A stretch of DNA of 21,570 bases. It comes from Candidatus Micrarchaeota archaeon. Lineage in GTDB: Archaea; Micrarchaeota; Micrarchaeia; Anstonellales; Bilamarchaeaceae. The stretch's first letter is position 1. Every line of letters begins with the position of its first letter. Below, one piece after another: positions 7,588 through 15,044 of this stretch. The stretch lies in NCBI GenBank assembly GCA_040754495.1, contig JBFMCO010000007.1:1-21570 (forward strand), read 5' to 3'. Below the pieces are notes generated by a model. That model did not search any database. It saw only the letters and a list, made by a program, of their open reading frames with translations, and was not told where the DNA came from. The position numbers and the translations under genes are program-made.

Positions 7588-7965
7588 CTAAGCTTCGGCG
7601 ATGACCTTGAAGCCGCCGTAGGCCATGCGCTTCGTGTCGAAGGGCATCTCCATGTCCTTGTTCTTCGGGTCGCTCATCATCTCCTTCATGACCTTCTTGT
7701 TGACCGCGTCACGGTGGGCGCGGGACCGGTACAGGATGTAGGAGAACACGACAGCCTCGCCGCGCCGGGGCTTGGCCAGCTTCAGGAACGTCATGACAGG
7801 CGTTCCGCCCATGTCCGGGGCAAGGTCGTCCCCGACGCACTCCTTGTAGTCGAGGGCGCCGTGCTTCTTCCAGACCTTCCCGGCCGCCTGCGCCATGCGG
7901 CGATAAACCCCCAGCTTTTTCTTCGGTACCACCAGTACGAACCCGTCCACGTATCCTCCTTTCAT
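7588..7965 (-). CDS. DUF1428 family protein
   Basis: Motifs: YVDGFVLVVP, GALDYKECVGDD, VVFSYILYRSRAHRD, MPFDTKRMAYGGF. Confidence 0.88.
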   Translation of the reverse strand: MKGGYVDGFVLVVPKKKLGVYRRMAQAAGKVWKKHGALDYKECVGDDLAPDMGGTPVMTFLKLAKPRRGEAVVFSYILYRSRAHRDAVNKKVMKEMMSDPKNKDMEMPFDTKRMAYGGFKVIAEA

Positions 7966-8030
7966 ATTCTCAATCCTCCTTGTCCGATGCGGTTATCATT
8001 CTCGTCCGGGCACGGATTTTCCCCGGGACA

Positions 8031-9254
8031 TCACGTCTCGACCGCGATTACCTCGCCGGTCTCTATGTCTATGAAGACGTCCGTCTCGGGACCGCTGTCG
8101 GCAGCGACCTCCACCACGTAAACAAGCCTGCCGGATTTCCTTTCGATGGATATGCTGGTAACCTCGCCGGAGACTTCAGCGAGCGCGATTGCCTTCGCCT
8201 CGTCCTCCGTGATGTTGCCGACAAGCCCGCCAGGCTCCTCAGGGGCGGAGGGAGACGGCTCGGCGCCATATTCCACGCTGATGAGCCTTGTCGTCTCGTT
8301 GTCCTCAAGGACGACCTCCATAGCCACACCGCCAGGGCCGGCGCAGTAGTATTTGTGCTCCTTTGCCGACAAATCAAGCGGAGTCCAGTCATAGGTCTTG
8401 AGGCAGCCCGTGAAGCTTCCGTATGGGACGGAGACGGATTCGCTCACCGAAAGCACGTCCGCCATGTCTTCGGCTTCGCCCGCGAAATATTCCTGCCGGT
8501 AAGAATCGCCCGGAACCGGTGCGGCCTTCATGATTATCCCCGGCTTCGCCCCGTCCACGCCGGCTTCCCATGAGCCCGCGGTGCTGACCACCATGCCTCC
8601 GGCCAGCTCTTTTGTCTCCTCGCCGAAATACCATACGTTGCCTTCCTTGTCCTGCGCATACCAGTCCAGGGTGTCCTCTACTAGCTCCCCATCCAGCCAG
8701 ACGCGGTCCCAGACCACGATGGTCTCGACGCCCTGGACGGTCTTTGTCGCGTTCATCACGTACACTTCAATCCGCTCCGTCCCGTCCTGGGTTTCCCCTT
8801 CGTAGACCATCTTCTTGCGCGGCGTGAGCGAGAAATATTTGTTGGTGACGTTTGCCGTAAAGTCGGCCGGAGTTATCAGGGGCGAGTAGGTGGCGTTGGT
8901 TCCGTTCCGTGGCGGAGTCGCATTTGAGGGCGGCGTTTCGACAGGGACTCCAACGCAGCGGCTGTTCTCGCATTTCCCCGTGCTTTCGATTGTTGCACAT
9001 TCGCAGACAGGGTCGACCGTGCAATCGGGCGCCTTCTGGCTGTATTTGTTGACATATACTCCGAGGCCGCAGTCGCAGCACCGGTTCAGGCGCACGCAGT
9101 CGCTGTCGGTTTTGCAGTAATCCGCGACCTCGTAGCCCGGAGGGATTGATACATTCGTTGCGTTGGCCTGGTTAGTCGCGTTCTGGCCCGGCGGGGACTG
9201 CACGCATGCGGCTGCAATGAGCAGGATTCCGAGCAGTATCGCGGGTTTTGTCAT
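8031..9254 (-). CDS. Putative lipoprotein: Cys-rich module, uncharacterised beta-rich domain and C-terminal PepSY domain
   Basis: A signal peptide with lipobox-like IAAAC is followed by a Cys-rich segment (YCKTDSDC...CCDC...CENSRC). The central domain has NKYFSLTP and EDTLDWYAQDKEGNVWYFGE. The C-terminus is PepSY-like (ITEDEAKAIAL...VYVVEV...DVFIDIETGEVI). Confidence 0.78.
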   Translation of the reverse strand: MTKPAILLGILLIAAACVQSPPGQNATNQANATNVSIPPGYEVADYCKTDSDCVRLNRCCDCGLGVYVNKYSQKAPDCTVDPVCECATIESTGKCENSRCVGVPVETPPSNATPPRNGTNATYSPLITPADFTANVTNKYFSLTPRKKMVYEGETQDGTERIEVYVMNATKTVQGVETIVVWDRVWLDGELVEDTLDWYAQDKEGNVWYFGEETKELAGGMVVSTAGSWEAGVDGAKPGIIMKAAPVPGDSYRQEYFAGEAEDMADVLSVSESVSVPYGSFTGCLKTYDWTPLDLSAKEHKYYCAGPGGVAMEVVLEDNETTRLISVEYGAEPSPSAPEEPGGLVGNITEDEAKAIALAEVSGEVTSISIERKSGRLVYVVEVAADSGPETDVFIDIETGEVIAVET

Positions 9255-9291
9255 TCTTACACCGCAGGTGATTCCAATGCAGGATTTATAA

Positions 9292-9311
9292 GATTTAGGC
9301 TCGCCTAAATC
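9292..9311. promoter_or_regulatory. Perfect 8-bp palindrome next to the lipoprotein TATA box
   Basis: GATTTAGG-CTCG-CCTAAATC adjoins TTTATAAG (9285-9292; CTTATAAA on the minus strand), about 31 nt before ATG 9254. Confidence 0.4.
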
Positions 9312-9385
9312 GGGTGCATGGACGGCCTGGAACTGCCGGGGGCAGGTTCCGGCACCCCTAAAAACCCACCCTGATTATGCATAGC

Positions 9386-9514
9386 ATGGCGGAATGTTTT
9401 CTCTGCCACGTGCAGAGCGACACCAGAAGGGTGTTCATGGGAAGCGCCAGGGGGTTCGCGGACCTCTGTTTCGACTGCACCCTCCGTTTCTATAAGATAG
9501 GTAGGGAGGAGTGA
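9386..9514 (+). CDS. Putative 42-aa CxxC...CxxC zinc-finger microprotein (not in the ORF track)
   Basis: ATG 9386 to TGA 9514 reads MAECFLCHVQSDTRRVFMGSARGFADLCFDCTLRFYKIGREE. It has two CxxC pairs and fills an otherwise empty intergenic gap. Confidence 0.55.
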   Translation: MAECFLCHVQSDTRRVFMGSARGFADLCFDCTLRFYKIGREE

Positions 9515-9582
9515 GTTGGAAGCGGCCTGGCAGTTCCCCGTCGCCCAGTGCTATTTTTAACGCGCGCCGCATAATCAGACGC

Positions 9583-10161
9583 ATGACAGGGCTCCCGGAG
9601 GCTTTCATCCTCCTTCTCGGCATAATCGACCCGCTGACAAGCGTGGCGGCTTTCATGTCCCTTTCCAAAGGGATGGACGAGGGCGAGAAGAGGAAGGTCG
9701 CGCTGAAAGCCGTCCTCGTCGCAGCCGCGGTCTTCTACCTTTTCACGTTCGGGGGCGAGCCCATCATGAGGCTGCTCGGGGTGAGCATAGAGAGCTTCAG
9801 GGCGGCAGGCGGCATAATCCTTATCCTCCTTGGCGTGCAGATGAGCCTCGGCATATCGTTCCCGAAAGAGAAGGAGGAGGTGAGCGAGATTGCGGTGGTC
9901 CTCGCGACGCCGCTAATCAGCGGGCCGGCCACCATCACGACCGCGATAATACTTGCTAGCGACGCAGGCCTCATGGTAACCACGATAGCCGGCGCTGCGG
10001 CCCTCCTTATGACCCTGCTCGCGCTCGTGTTCGCCGGAACCCTGAACAGGCTGGTCGGGCGCTCGGGCGTGCAGATTATGTCCACGATGATGGGAATAGT
10101 GACTATTGCATGGGGCCTGCAGTTCCTGCTGACCGGGATGCACGCTTTCGAGCCGGCCTAA
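9583..10161 (+). CDS. marC: MarC family integral membrane protein
   Basis: Motifs: IIDPLTSVAAFMSL, LLGVSIESFRAAGGIIL, ATPLISGPATITT. TTTTTAA at 9554-9560 supports start 9583 over 9511. Confidence 0.9.
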   Translation: MTGLPEAFILLLGIIDPLTSVAAFMSLSKGMDEGEKRKVALKAVLVAAAVFYLFTFGGEPIMRLLGVSIESFRAAGGIILILLGVQMSLGISFPKEKEEVSEIAVVLATPLISGPATITTAIILASDAGLMVTTIAGAAALLMTLLALVFAGTLNRLVGRSGVQIMSTMMGIVTIAWGLQFLLTGMHAFEPA

Positions 10162-10193
10162 GCCATTAAAACCAGTATTGGCGAGTTCAGACC

Positions 10194-11189
10194 ATGCTGG
10201 AATGGCTCGTGGAGAGAGTCCCGAACATATCGACACACCTCTTCAACGCGTCTGCGCTTGCCTTCGCGGCTTTCGTTCTCATCTGCGCGGGAGCCGTGTT
10301 CCGCAGCCGCCACGAGGTAATCCTCAAGAAGCTGCGGGAGACGGATGCCAGGGGTTTCCTGATGAAGGCTTTTGCGGGAATGCTCATCTTCCAGGCCGCG
10401 ATATGGCTGGCCATGCTCCAGATAGACAGCGAGACGAGGGCCGTCCCGGAGAAGAAGCTCGTCATCATCGAGCTGGACGATTTCTGGAGCCTCGAGGGGG
10501 GCAATTTCGATGGAAACGGCTATTCCGTAGAGAGCTATGAGTCCGTGATACGGATAATCGAGGCCCACAACTACAGCGCGACGCTGGGCGTCGTCCCCTA
10601 CATCTTCATAGAGAACAACACGGACATCCTGGCCCTGCGCGATGATTCGGAGATGGTCGCGTACCTGCGGGAGAAGAAGGCCGCAGGGCACGAGATAGCC
10701 ATGCACGGGTATGCCCATTGCAGGAACAGGTATTACTGCCCGGACGTGGAGGAGAATTACCTTAACATCCTTGAGGGGAAGAAGGAGATAGACAAGCTGT
10801 TCTCCCAGGAAACCGTGACGTACCTGCCGCCTGGCAATTTCTGGGACGACTACCAGTACAACAACGTGAAGAGGAACCGGTTCAAGATAATCGGGAACAC
10901 CAGGATAGAGCGGCCTTACTGGGACGGGAACGTCCTGATAACTCCGAGGGGGTACGATGTCGTCGAGAAATGGGACTGGTACGGCGGCGACAACAGGCAT
11001 TCGCCATATTCGGAATGGGCGGAGGCGTACAACAGCAGCGACTTCTTCATCCTGCAGCTCCATCCCAACACCTTCGACAGCCAGGAGAAGCTTGACGACC
11101 TAGAGCGGTTCCTGGACTTCCTGGAGCGGGAAAACGCGACGGTGGTCACGTATTTCGAGGCCTACGGCCTGACGGATGGGCGGGATTAA
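10194..11189 (+). CDS. Membrane-anchored polysaccharide deacetylase (CE4/NodB-like, DUF2334-type)
   Basis: Two N-terminal TM helices, then IELDDFW, EIAMHGYAH, YLPPGN and LQLHP motifs. ATTAAAA at 10165-10171 lies upstream. Confidence 0.8.
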   Translation: MLEWLVERVPNISTHLFNASALAFAAFVLICAGAVFRSRHEVILKKLRETDARGFLMKAFAGMLIFQAAIWLAMLQIDSETRAVPEKKLVIIELDDFWSLEGGNFDGNGYSVESYESVIRIIEAHNYSATLGVVPYIFIENNTDILALRDDSEMVAYLREKKAAGHEIAMHGYAHCRNRYYCPDVEENYLNILEGKKEIDKLFSQETVTYLPPGNFWDDYQYNNVKRNRFKIIGNTRIERPYWDGNVLITPRGYDVVEKWDWYGGDNRHSPYSEWAEAYNSSDFFILQLHPNTFDSQEKLDDLERFLDFLERENATVVTYFEAYGLTDGRD

Positions 11190-11214
11190 TAAGGGTTTTC
11201 GCGGACTGATTGGC

Positions 11215-12093
11215 ATGAGACCCTTCCTGTTAATGCTACTGCTGGCGCCTGCCCTCGCCTATGCCGCCGAGCAGGCCGCCATAGGCGTTTATGTCATAAA
11301 CGCAGGCAAGTTCGACCCGCAGAGCGGAAGCTACACCGTGGACTTCTACCTCTCTTATACGTGCCCGCAGAACTGCTCCCCGGATTTCGAGTTCATAAAC
11401 GGGAGGGCGCTCTCGGTGGAGAAGGTGATAGACGAGCCCGCGGAGAAGTTCTACCGCATACAGGCCTCGCTCCAGGACCCGGTGGATTTCAGGAGGTTCC
11501 CGTTCGACTCGCACGACCTCACGATTGAGATAGAGGACAAGGAGAGGACGAAGGACGAGCTGGCATTTACAGTGGATGACGCGCAGAGCGGCGTGGAGCC
11601 GTCCATCCAGTTCGTGGGGTGGAAGCTCGATGGCTATGACGCGAAGGTCGAGGACCATTACTATCCGCCGTATGGCGAGACGTTCTCCAAATACACCTTC
11701 ACCATGGGCCTGGAGAGGGAGACCATCTCGTCGCTCCTCAAGGTGTTCGCGCCGGTCTTCTTCATCATGCTCCTGAACTTCTTCGCGCATTTTCCCGACC
11801 CGGACAAGATTGCGACGCGCATCACGCTCCACTCCTCGTTCCTGATAGCGGCGGTCATGTTCCACGTGGCGATAGGCAACCAGCTTCCGCCCGTCGGATA
11901 CCTGACGGTCGCGGACAAGTTCATGTTCGCGGCCTACATACCCCTCGCCTTCAGCCTGTTCTCGGCCATCGTGGTGCTGGAGCTCTCGGAAGAGAAAAAA
12001 GGAGATGTTGTCCGCAAGGTGCACCGCGCATCAGGCGTGGCCAGCTTCCTGCTCTGGCTCGCGGGCCTCGCCTTCGTCCTCCTCACCATGTAA
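11215..12093 (+). CDS. Prokaryotic pentameric ligand-gated ion channel (Pro-loop receptor, GLIC/ELIC-like)
   Basis: A signal peptide precedes a beta-rich extracellular domain with the Pro-loop FRRFPFD. Four TM helices follow, with an M1 proline (KVFAPVF), M2 (RITLHSSFLIAAVMFHV) and an M2-M3 loop (QLPPVGYLTVADKF). ATTAATAAG at 11185-11193 supports start 11215. Confidence 0.88.
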   Translation: MRPFLLMLLLAPALAYAAEQAAIGVYVINAGKFDPQSGSYTVDFYLSYTCPQNCSPDFEFINGRALSVEKVIDEPAEKFYRIQASLQDPVDFRRFPFDSHDLTIEIEDKERTKDELAFTVDDAQSGVEPSIQFVGWKLDGYDAKVEDHYYPPYGETFSKYTFTMGLERETISSLLKVFAPVFFIMLLNFFAHFPDPDKIATRITLHSSFLIAAVMFHVAIGNQLPPVGYLTVADKFMFAAYIPLAFSLFSAIVVLELSEEKKGDVVRKVHRASGVASFLLWLAGLAFVLLTM

Positions 12094-12249
12094 GGCGCGG
12101 ACGCGCGCGGCGAATATCTCCGCAAGAATCCTGCGGTCCTCAACGCTCAGTCCTATCCCCATTGCATCACCGCAGGGTGTGGGGCGAAGGGGGGGATATC
12201 CGTTGCGCAGGAGGGCGGATTTCCGCGGCCCTTTTGCAACTCATCCATC

Positions 12250-12834
12250 CTAGACCGGGCAAAAGTCTCCGGCGCACGACGCGTCGGTAGGCTTGCCGCG
12301 CTCCGGGCATTTCTCGGACTGGATGCATGCCTTGTCGGTTACGGACGACATCTGGGCATCAAGGGCGGGGCGGGCATCGTTCCCGTAAGTGATAAGTATC
12401 CGGTCCAGGTCGCCAAAAACATAATCGCCGGGCTCCTGCACCTCGTTCCATTCCCCGCCCGCGGGCCTTACGAACATGCGAAGGCGCTTTTCGCCGGAAT
12501 CGCAGTAGGGCGTGCCGTCGTCAAGGCCGATGCAGGTGGAGTTCAGCGTCATGTTGAGCGAGGAGAAGAACTCGGAGAGGGTGATGCCGCGCGCATGCAT
12601 GTGGACCACCTCCCCGTCCATGTCATGGAGGTGGATGACGTCGCTGAGGGTATGCCCTTCGCTGGACATGTAGCGCGCCTGCGAGAGGTCCAGCGCGCTG
12701 CCCTCGACATAGGCCTTCAGGTCAGCGTGTATGTGGAATGGCTTTGGCTGCTGCGGCTGGCCGAAGATAAGAAAGCCCGCCGCGGCCAGCGCCAGCAGGA
12801 GGCCGCCGGCTATGACGTGCCTCGAGTCAATCAT
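12250..12834 (-). CDS. Membrane-anchored His-rich protein (HxHAD family), paralogue A
   Basis: An N-terminal TM/signal is followed by FHIHADL, IHLHDMDGEVVHMH, TLSEFF, LRMFV, DYVFGDLDRILITYG and a four-Cys tail. It overlaps the ATP-cone gene via ATGA. Confidence 0.75.
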   Translation of the reverse strand: MIDSRHVIAGGLLLALAAAGFLIFGQPQQPKPFHIHADLKAYVEGSALDLSQARYMSSEGHTLSDVIHLHDMDGEVVHMHARGITLSEFFSSLNMTLNSTCIGLDDGTPYCDSGEKRLRMFVRPAGGEWNEVQEPGDYVFGDLDRILITYGNDARPALDAQMSSVTDKACIQSEKCPERGKPTDASCAGDFCPV

Positions 12835-13100
12835 GATATGTCCCTGTGCGTCTCGTACATGAATGCGACGGCCTCGTGCTCCTTGGCCAGCTTCTGCATG
12901 ATGAAGCCGAAAATCTCGGTGGAGTTCACCTCGTGGCGGCCCTTGAGGAATTTCCTGACCTCATCGAGCATCCTGCCGGCTATCCTCTCGCAGTCCTTCT
13001 CGCCGAGGCTGCAGTCCATGCATGCCGAATAGACCGAGCCGTACACTTTCTTGTCGTCGAACGCCTCCTTCTTTCCCCTTCTTTTCACCACCACTGCCAT
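12831..13100 (-). CDS. Stand-alone ATP-cone domain protein
   Basis: Reads MAVVVKRRGKKEAFDDKKVYGSVYSAC...VNSTEIFGFIMQKL, matching the VxKRdGxxexFd..Ki ATP-cone signature; 89 aa. Confidence 0.85.
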   Translation of the reverse strand: MAVVVKRRGKKEAFDDKKVYGSVYSACMDCSLGEKDCERIAGRMLDEVRKFLKGRHEVNSTEIFGFIMQKLAKEHEAVAFMYETHRDIS

Positions 13101-13104
13101 ACAA

Positions 13105-13815
13105 TCAACCCAGGTTTATCGTGCCGTTGGCTATGAGTATCAGGAGCCACCCCAGAAAAACCAGCAGTATGCCGATTCCGAGCCGCATGTTCGCCTTGTT
13201 CGCCTGCTTCCACATCTGCATGTCGCTGATTTTCACGCCTACCATCGCGGCCGCGAGGATGGCGATAAGGGGCGCCACGAATATGATGTTGTAGAGCACG
13301 AGGAGCAGCACTGCGGTCAGGTCGAAGCTCTGCTTGAGAACGAGCAGTATGGCGAGATACGGCCCGCCCGTGCATGGCAGCTCCACGCCGGCAACGAACG
13401 CGCCGAGGAAGATGACGCCCCATGCGCTGAGGTTCCGCATGTACTTCTTGATGTCCTTGGCCCTCTCCGGGGGGATTGCAAGGGATATGCCCTTGCCGTA
13501 CCAGAAGAAGTCCTTTATCTCGACTATGCCTCCCAAGACGATGACTCCCCCGACCGCGACCGATATGTACTGCGCGATGAAGAGGGGTATGCTGGCCAAA
13601 AACGCCATTATCCCTAGGCCTGCAAGCAGGTAGGTCAGGAAGACGGAGAAGACGTAGAGGCCGCCGTAGAAGAGCATCTTGCCCCGCAGCTGCTGGTTGG
13701 ACACCATCAGTGCCACGAGAAGTATCATCACCCCTATGGCGCACGGGTTTATGGAATCTATGGCCGCGGTAACGAGGACCGTAACGAGCGTCGGCAATGA
13801 TGCTTCGACTGCCAT
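13105..13815 (-). CDS. CcdA/DsbD-type transmembrane thiol-redox protein (cytochrome c biogenesis TM-region family)
   Basis: About six TM helices with two membrane cysteines, in DSINPCAIG and ELPCTGGPY. Confidence 0.82.
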   Translation of the reverse strand: MAVEASLPTLVTVLVTAAIDSINPCAIGVMILLVALMVSNQQLRGKMLFYGGLYVFSVFLTYLLAGLGIMAFLASIPLFIAQYISVAVGGVIVLGGIVEIKDFFWYGKGISLAIPPERAKDIKKYMRNLSAWGVIFLGAFVAGVELPCTGGPYLAILLVLKQSFDLTAVLLLVLYNIIFVAPLIAILAAAMVGVKISDMQMWKQANKANMRLGIGILLVFLGWLLILIANGTINLG

Positions 13816-14552
13816 CAGGGCGGGCCTCCGATATCCGGATTCACCTCGTCCGGCTTCTTCTCCGTGAACACGAATTTTATCGCATCCCCGGGAGGGACGA
13901 GCTCGTATGGCGAGATTACATAATCGTGGGCGTCATCGCCGAGCGGCTCCCCGTTCACGAAGACATGCCACCGCGCAGGCCGGCCGTTGCACAAATCGCC
14001 GTCGTTCCATGACATGACGCCCGCGTTCGTGGGCAGGGTCAGGCTGTCCTCGTCGAAATTGCCGCCGGCCTGGATGAGGAAGTTGCGCAGGCTCGCCTCC
14101 CCCTTCTTCAGGAGCACGCCCTCGACATGCATGCGGTTGTCGTTGTGCTCGTGAACGACCGGGCTGCCGACCTTGTTGTCAAGCCCCGATGGGTCCGCAA
14201 GCTCGTATTTCTCCCCGCACGCCCAGATTTCGAAATCAGCATGCCAATGCACCGGCCCGGCGCTTTCGGAAACCGCGTTCAGGTAGACGGTGGTGGCTCC
14301 GAGATAAATGGTGCTCAGCCCTATCGGGGCGGCTATCACGAAAAAAACAAGCTTCTTCGCCTCTTCCGAGAACCTGGCGAAAATCGCGTAGAAAACCGCG
14401 AGCCCGGAGACGAGGGCGGCCGCGTACAGGACGTGGAGGGGGTTCGGCACGCCGAGGAACGCCCACGGGTCGTCGTGGAGGGATTCGATGCTGTCGCTGT
14501 GCGGGAAGCATGCTGCGCCAAGGAGAAGAAGGGCGAGCAGTGCCTTACGCAT
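13815..14552 (-). CDS. Membrane His-rich protein (HxHAD family), paralogue B
   Basis: A signal/TM region is followed by VHWHADF, VVHEHNDNRMHVEG, SLRNF, VFVNG and DYVI. Start 14552 (MRKALL) is preferred over 14618. Its stop overlaps the CcdA start via TGATG. Confidence 0.75.
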   Translation of the reverse strand: MRKALLALLLLGAACFPHSDSIESLHDDPWAFLGVPNPLHVLYAAALVSGLAVFYAIFARFSEEAKKLVFFVIAAPIGLSTIYLGATTVYLNAVSESAGPVHWHADFEIWACGEKYELADPSGLDNKVGSPVVHEHNDNRMHVEGVLLKKGEASLRNFLIQAGGNFDEDSLTLPTNAGVMSWNDGDLCNGRPARWHVFVNGEPLGDDAHDYVISPYELVPPGDAIKFVFTEKKPDEVNPDIGGPP

Positions 14553-14567
14553 GGGGGTTTTAGGAGT

Positions 14568-14589
14568 CCCAAAATTTATATAATTTCCC
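14568..14589. promoter_or_regulatory. Shared bidirectional TATA element
   Basis: CCCAAAATTTATATAATTTCCC is centred between divergent ATGs 14552(-) and 14604(+), each about 22-25 nt from the TATA edge. Confidence 0.6.
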
Positions 14590-14603
14590 GCCATCGGTTG
14601 TGC

Positions 14604-15002
14604 ATGGACATCCCGCAACTGCTCAGGGAGGCGAGGACTATAGCGGTCGTCGGCTTATCAGACAAGCCCGAGAGGCCGAGCTACGACGTGGCGGAGTATC
14701 TCATGGGGCACGGATACACAATCATCCCCGTGAATCCGAACATCCATGAATGGAAAGGGCTGAAGGCGCATGCGTCGCTCCGGGACATTCCTGCGGGGGC
14801 GAAAGTGGATGTCGTAGACGTCTTCCGCAAGAGCGAGGACGTGCCGCCGGTCGTGGATGAGGCGATAAAGATAGGCGCAGGGGCTGTGTGGATGCAGCTT
14901 GGGATAGTGAACGAAGCGGCCGCGGAGAAGGCGCGGAAGGCGGGCCTCTTCGTGGTGATGGACCGCTGCATGAAAATCGAGCACATGAAACTCGGAAAGT
15001 GA
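14604..15002 (+). CDS. CoA-binding domain protein (YccU-like)
   Basis: Motifs: TIAVVGLSDKPERPSY, IIPVNP, DVVDVFRKSE, VWMQLGI, VVMDRCMKIEH. The true start is 14604 within the 14127 ORF. Confidence 0.92.
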   Translation: MDIPQLLREARTIAVVGLSDKPERPSYDVAEYLMGHGYTIIPVNPNIHEWKGLKAHASLRDIPAGAKVDVVDVFRKSEDVPPVVDEAIKIGAGAVWMQLGIVNEAAAEKARKAGLFVVMDRCMKIEHMKLGK

Positions 15003-15044
15003 GCGGGCGAGGGCAATATAAACGGTTATGGATACTATAGCTTC

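Noticed and set aside
7423-8573. Plus-strand ORFs of 232 and 197 aa
   Set aside because: Antisense to the DHFR-like, DUF1428 and PepSY genes, with no motifs.
9583-10161. marC as an antibiotic-resistance gene
   Set aside because: The name is historical. A resistance role for MarC has not been supported.
10158-12024. Minus-strand ORFs of 301 and 262 aa
   Set aside because: Antisense shadows of the deacetylase and ion-channel genes.
12034-12162. Short minus-strand ORF MGIGLSVEDRRILAEIFAARVRAL...
   Set aside because: No promoter or RBS, it overlaps the channel gene's 3' end, and it has no recognisable motif.
13105-13815. Evidence for cytochrome c maturation
   Set aside because: No CxxCH proteins or ccm/ccs genes are in the window. 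CcdA-like proteins serve many thiol-redox pathways.
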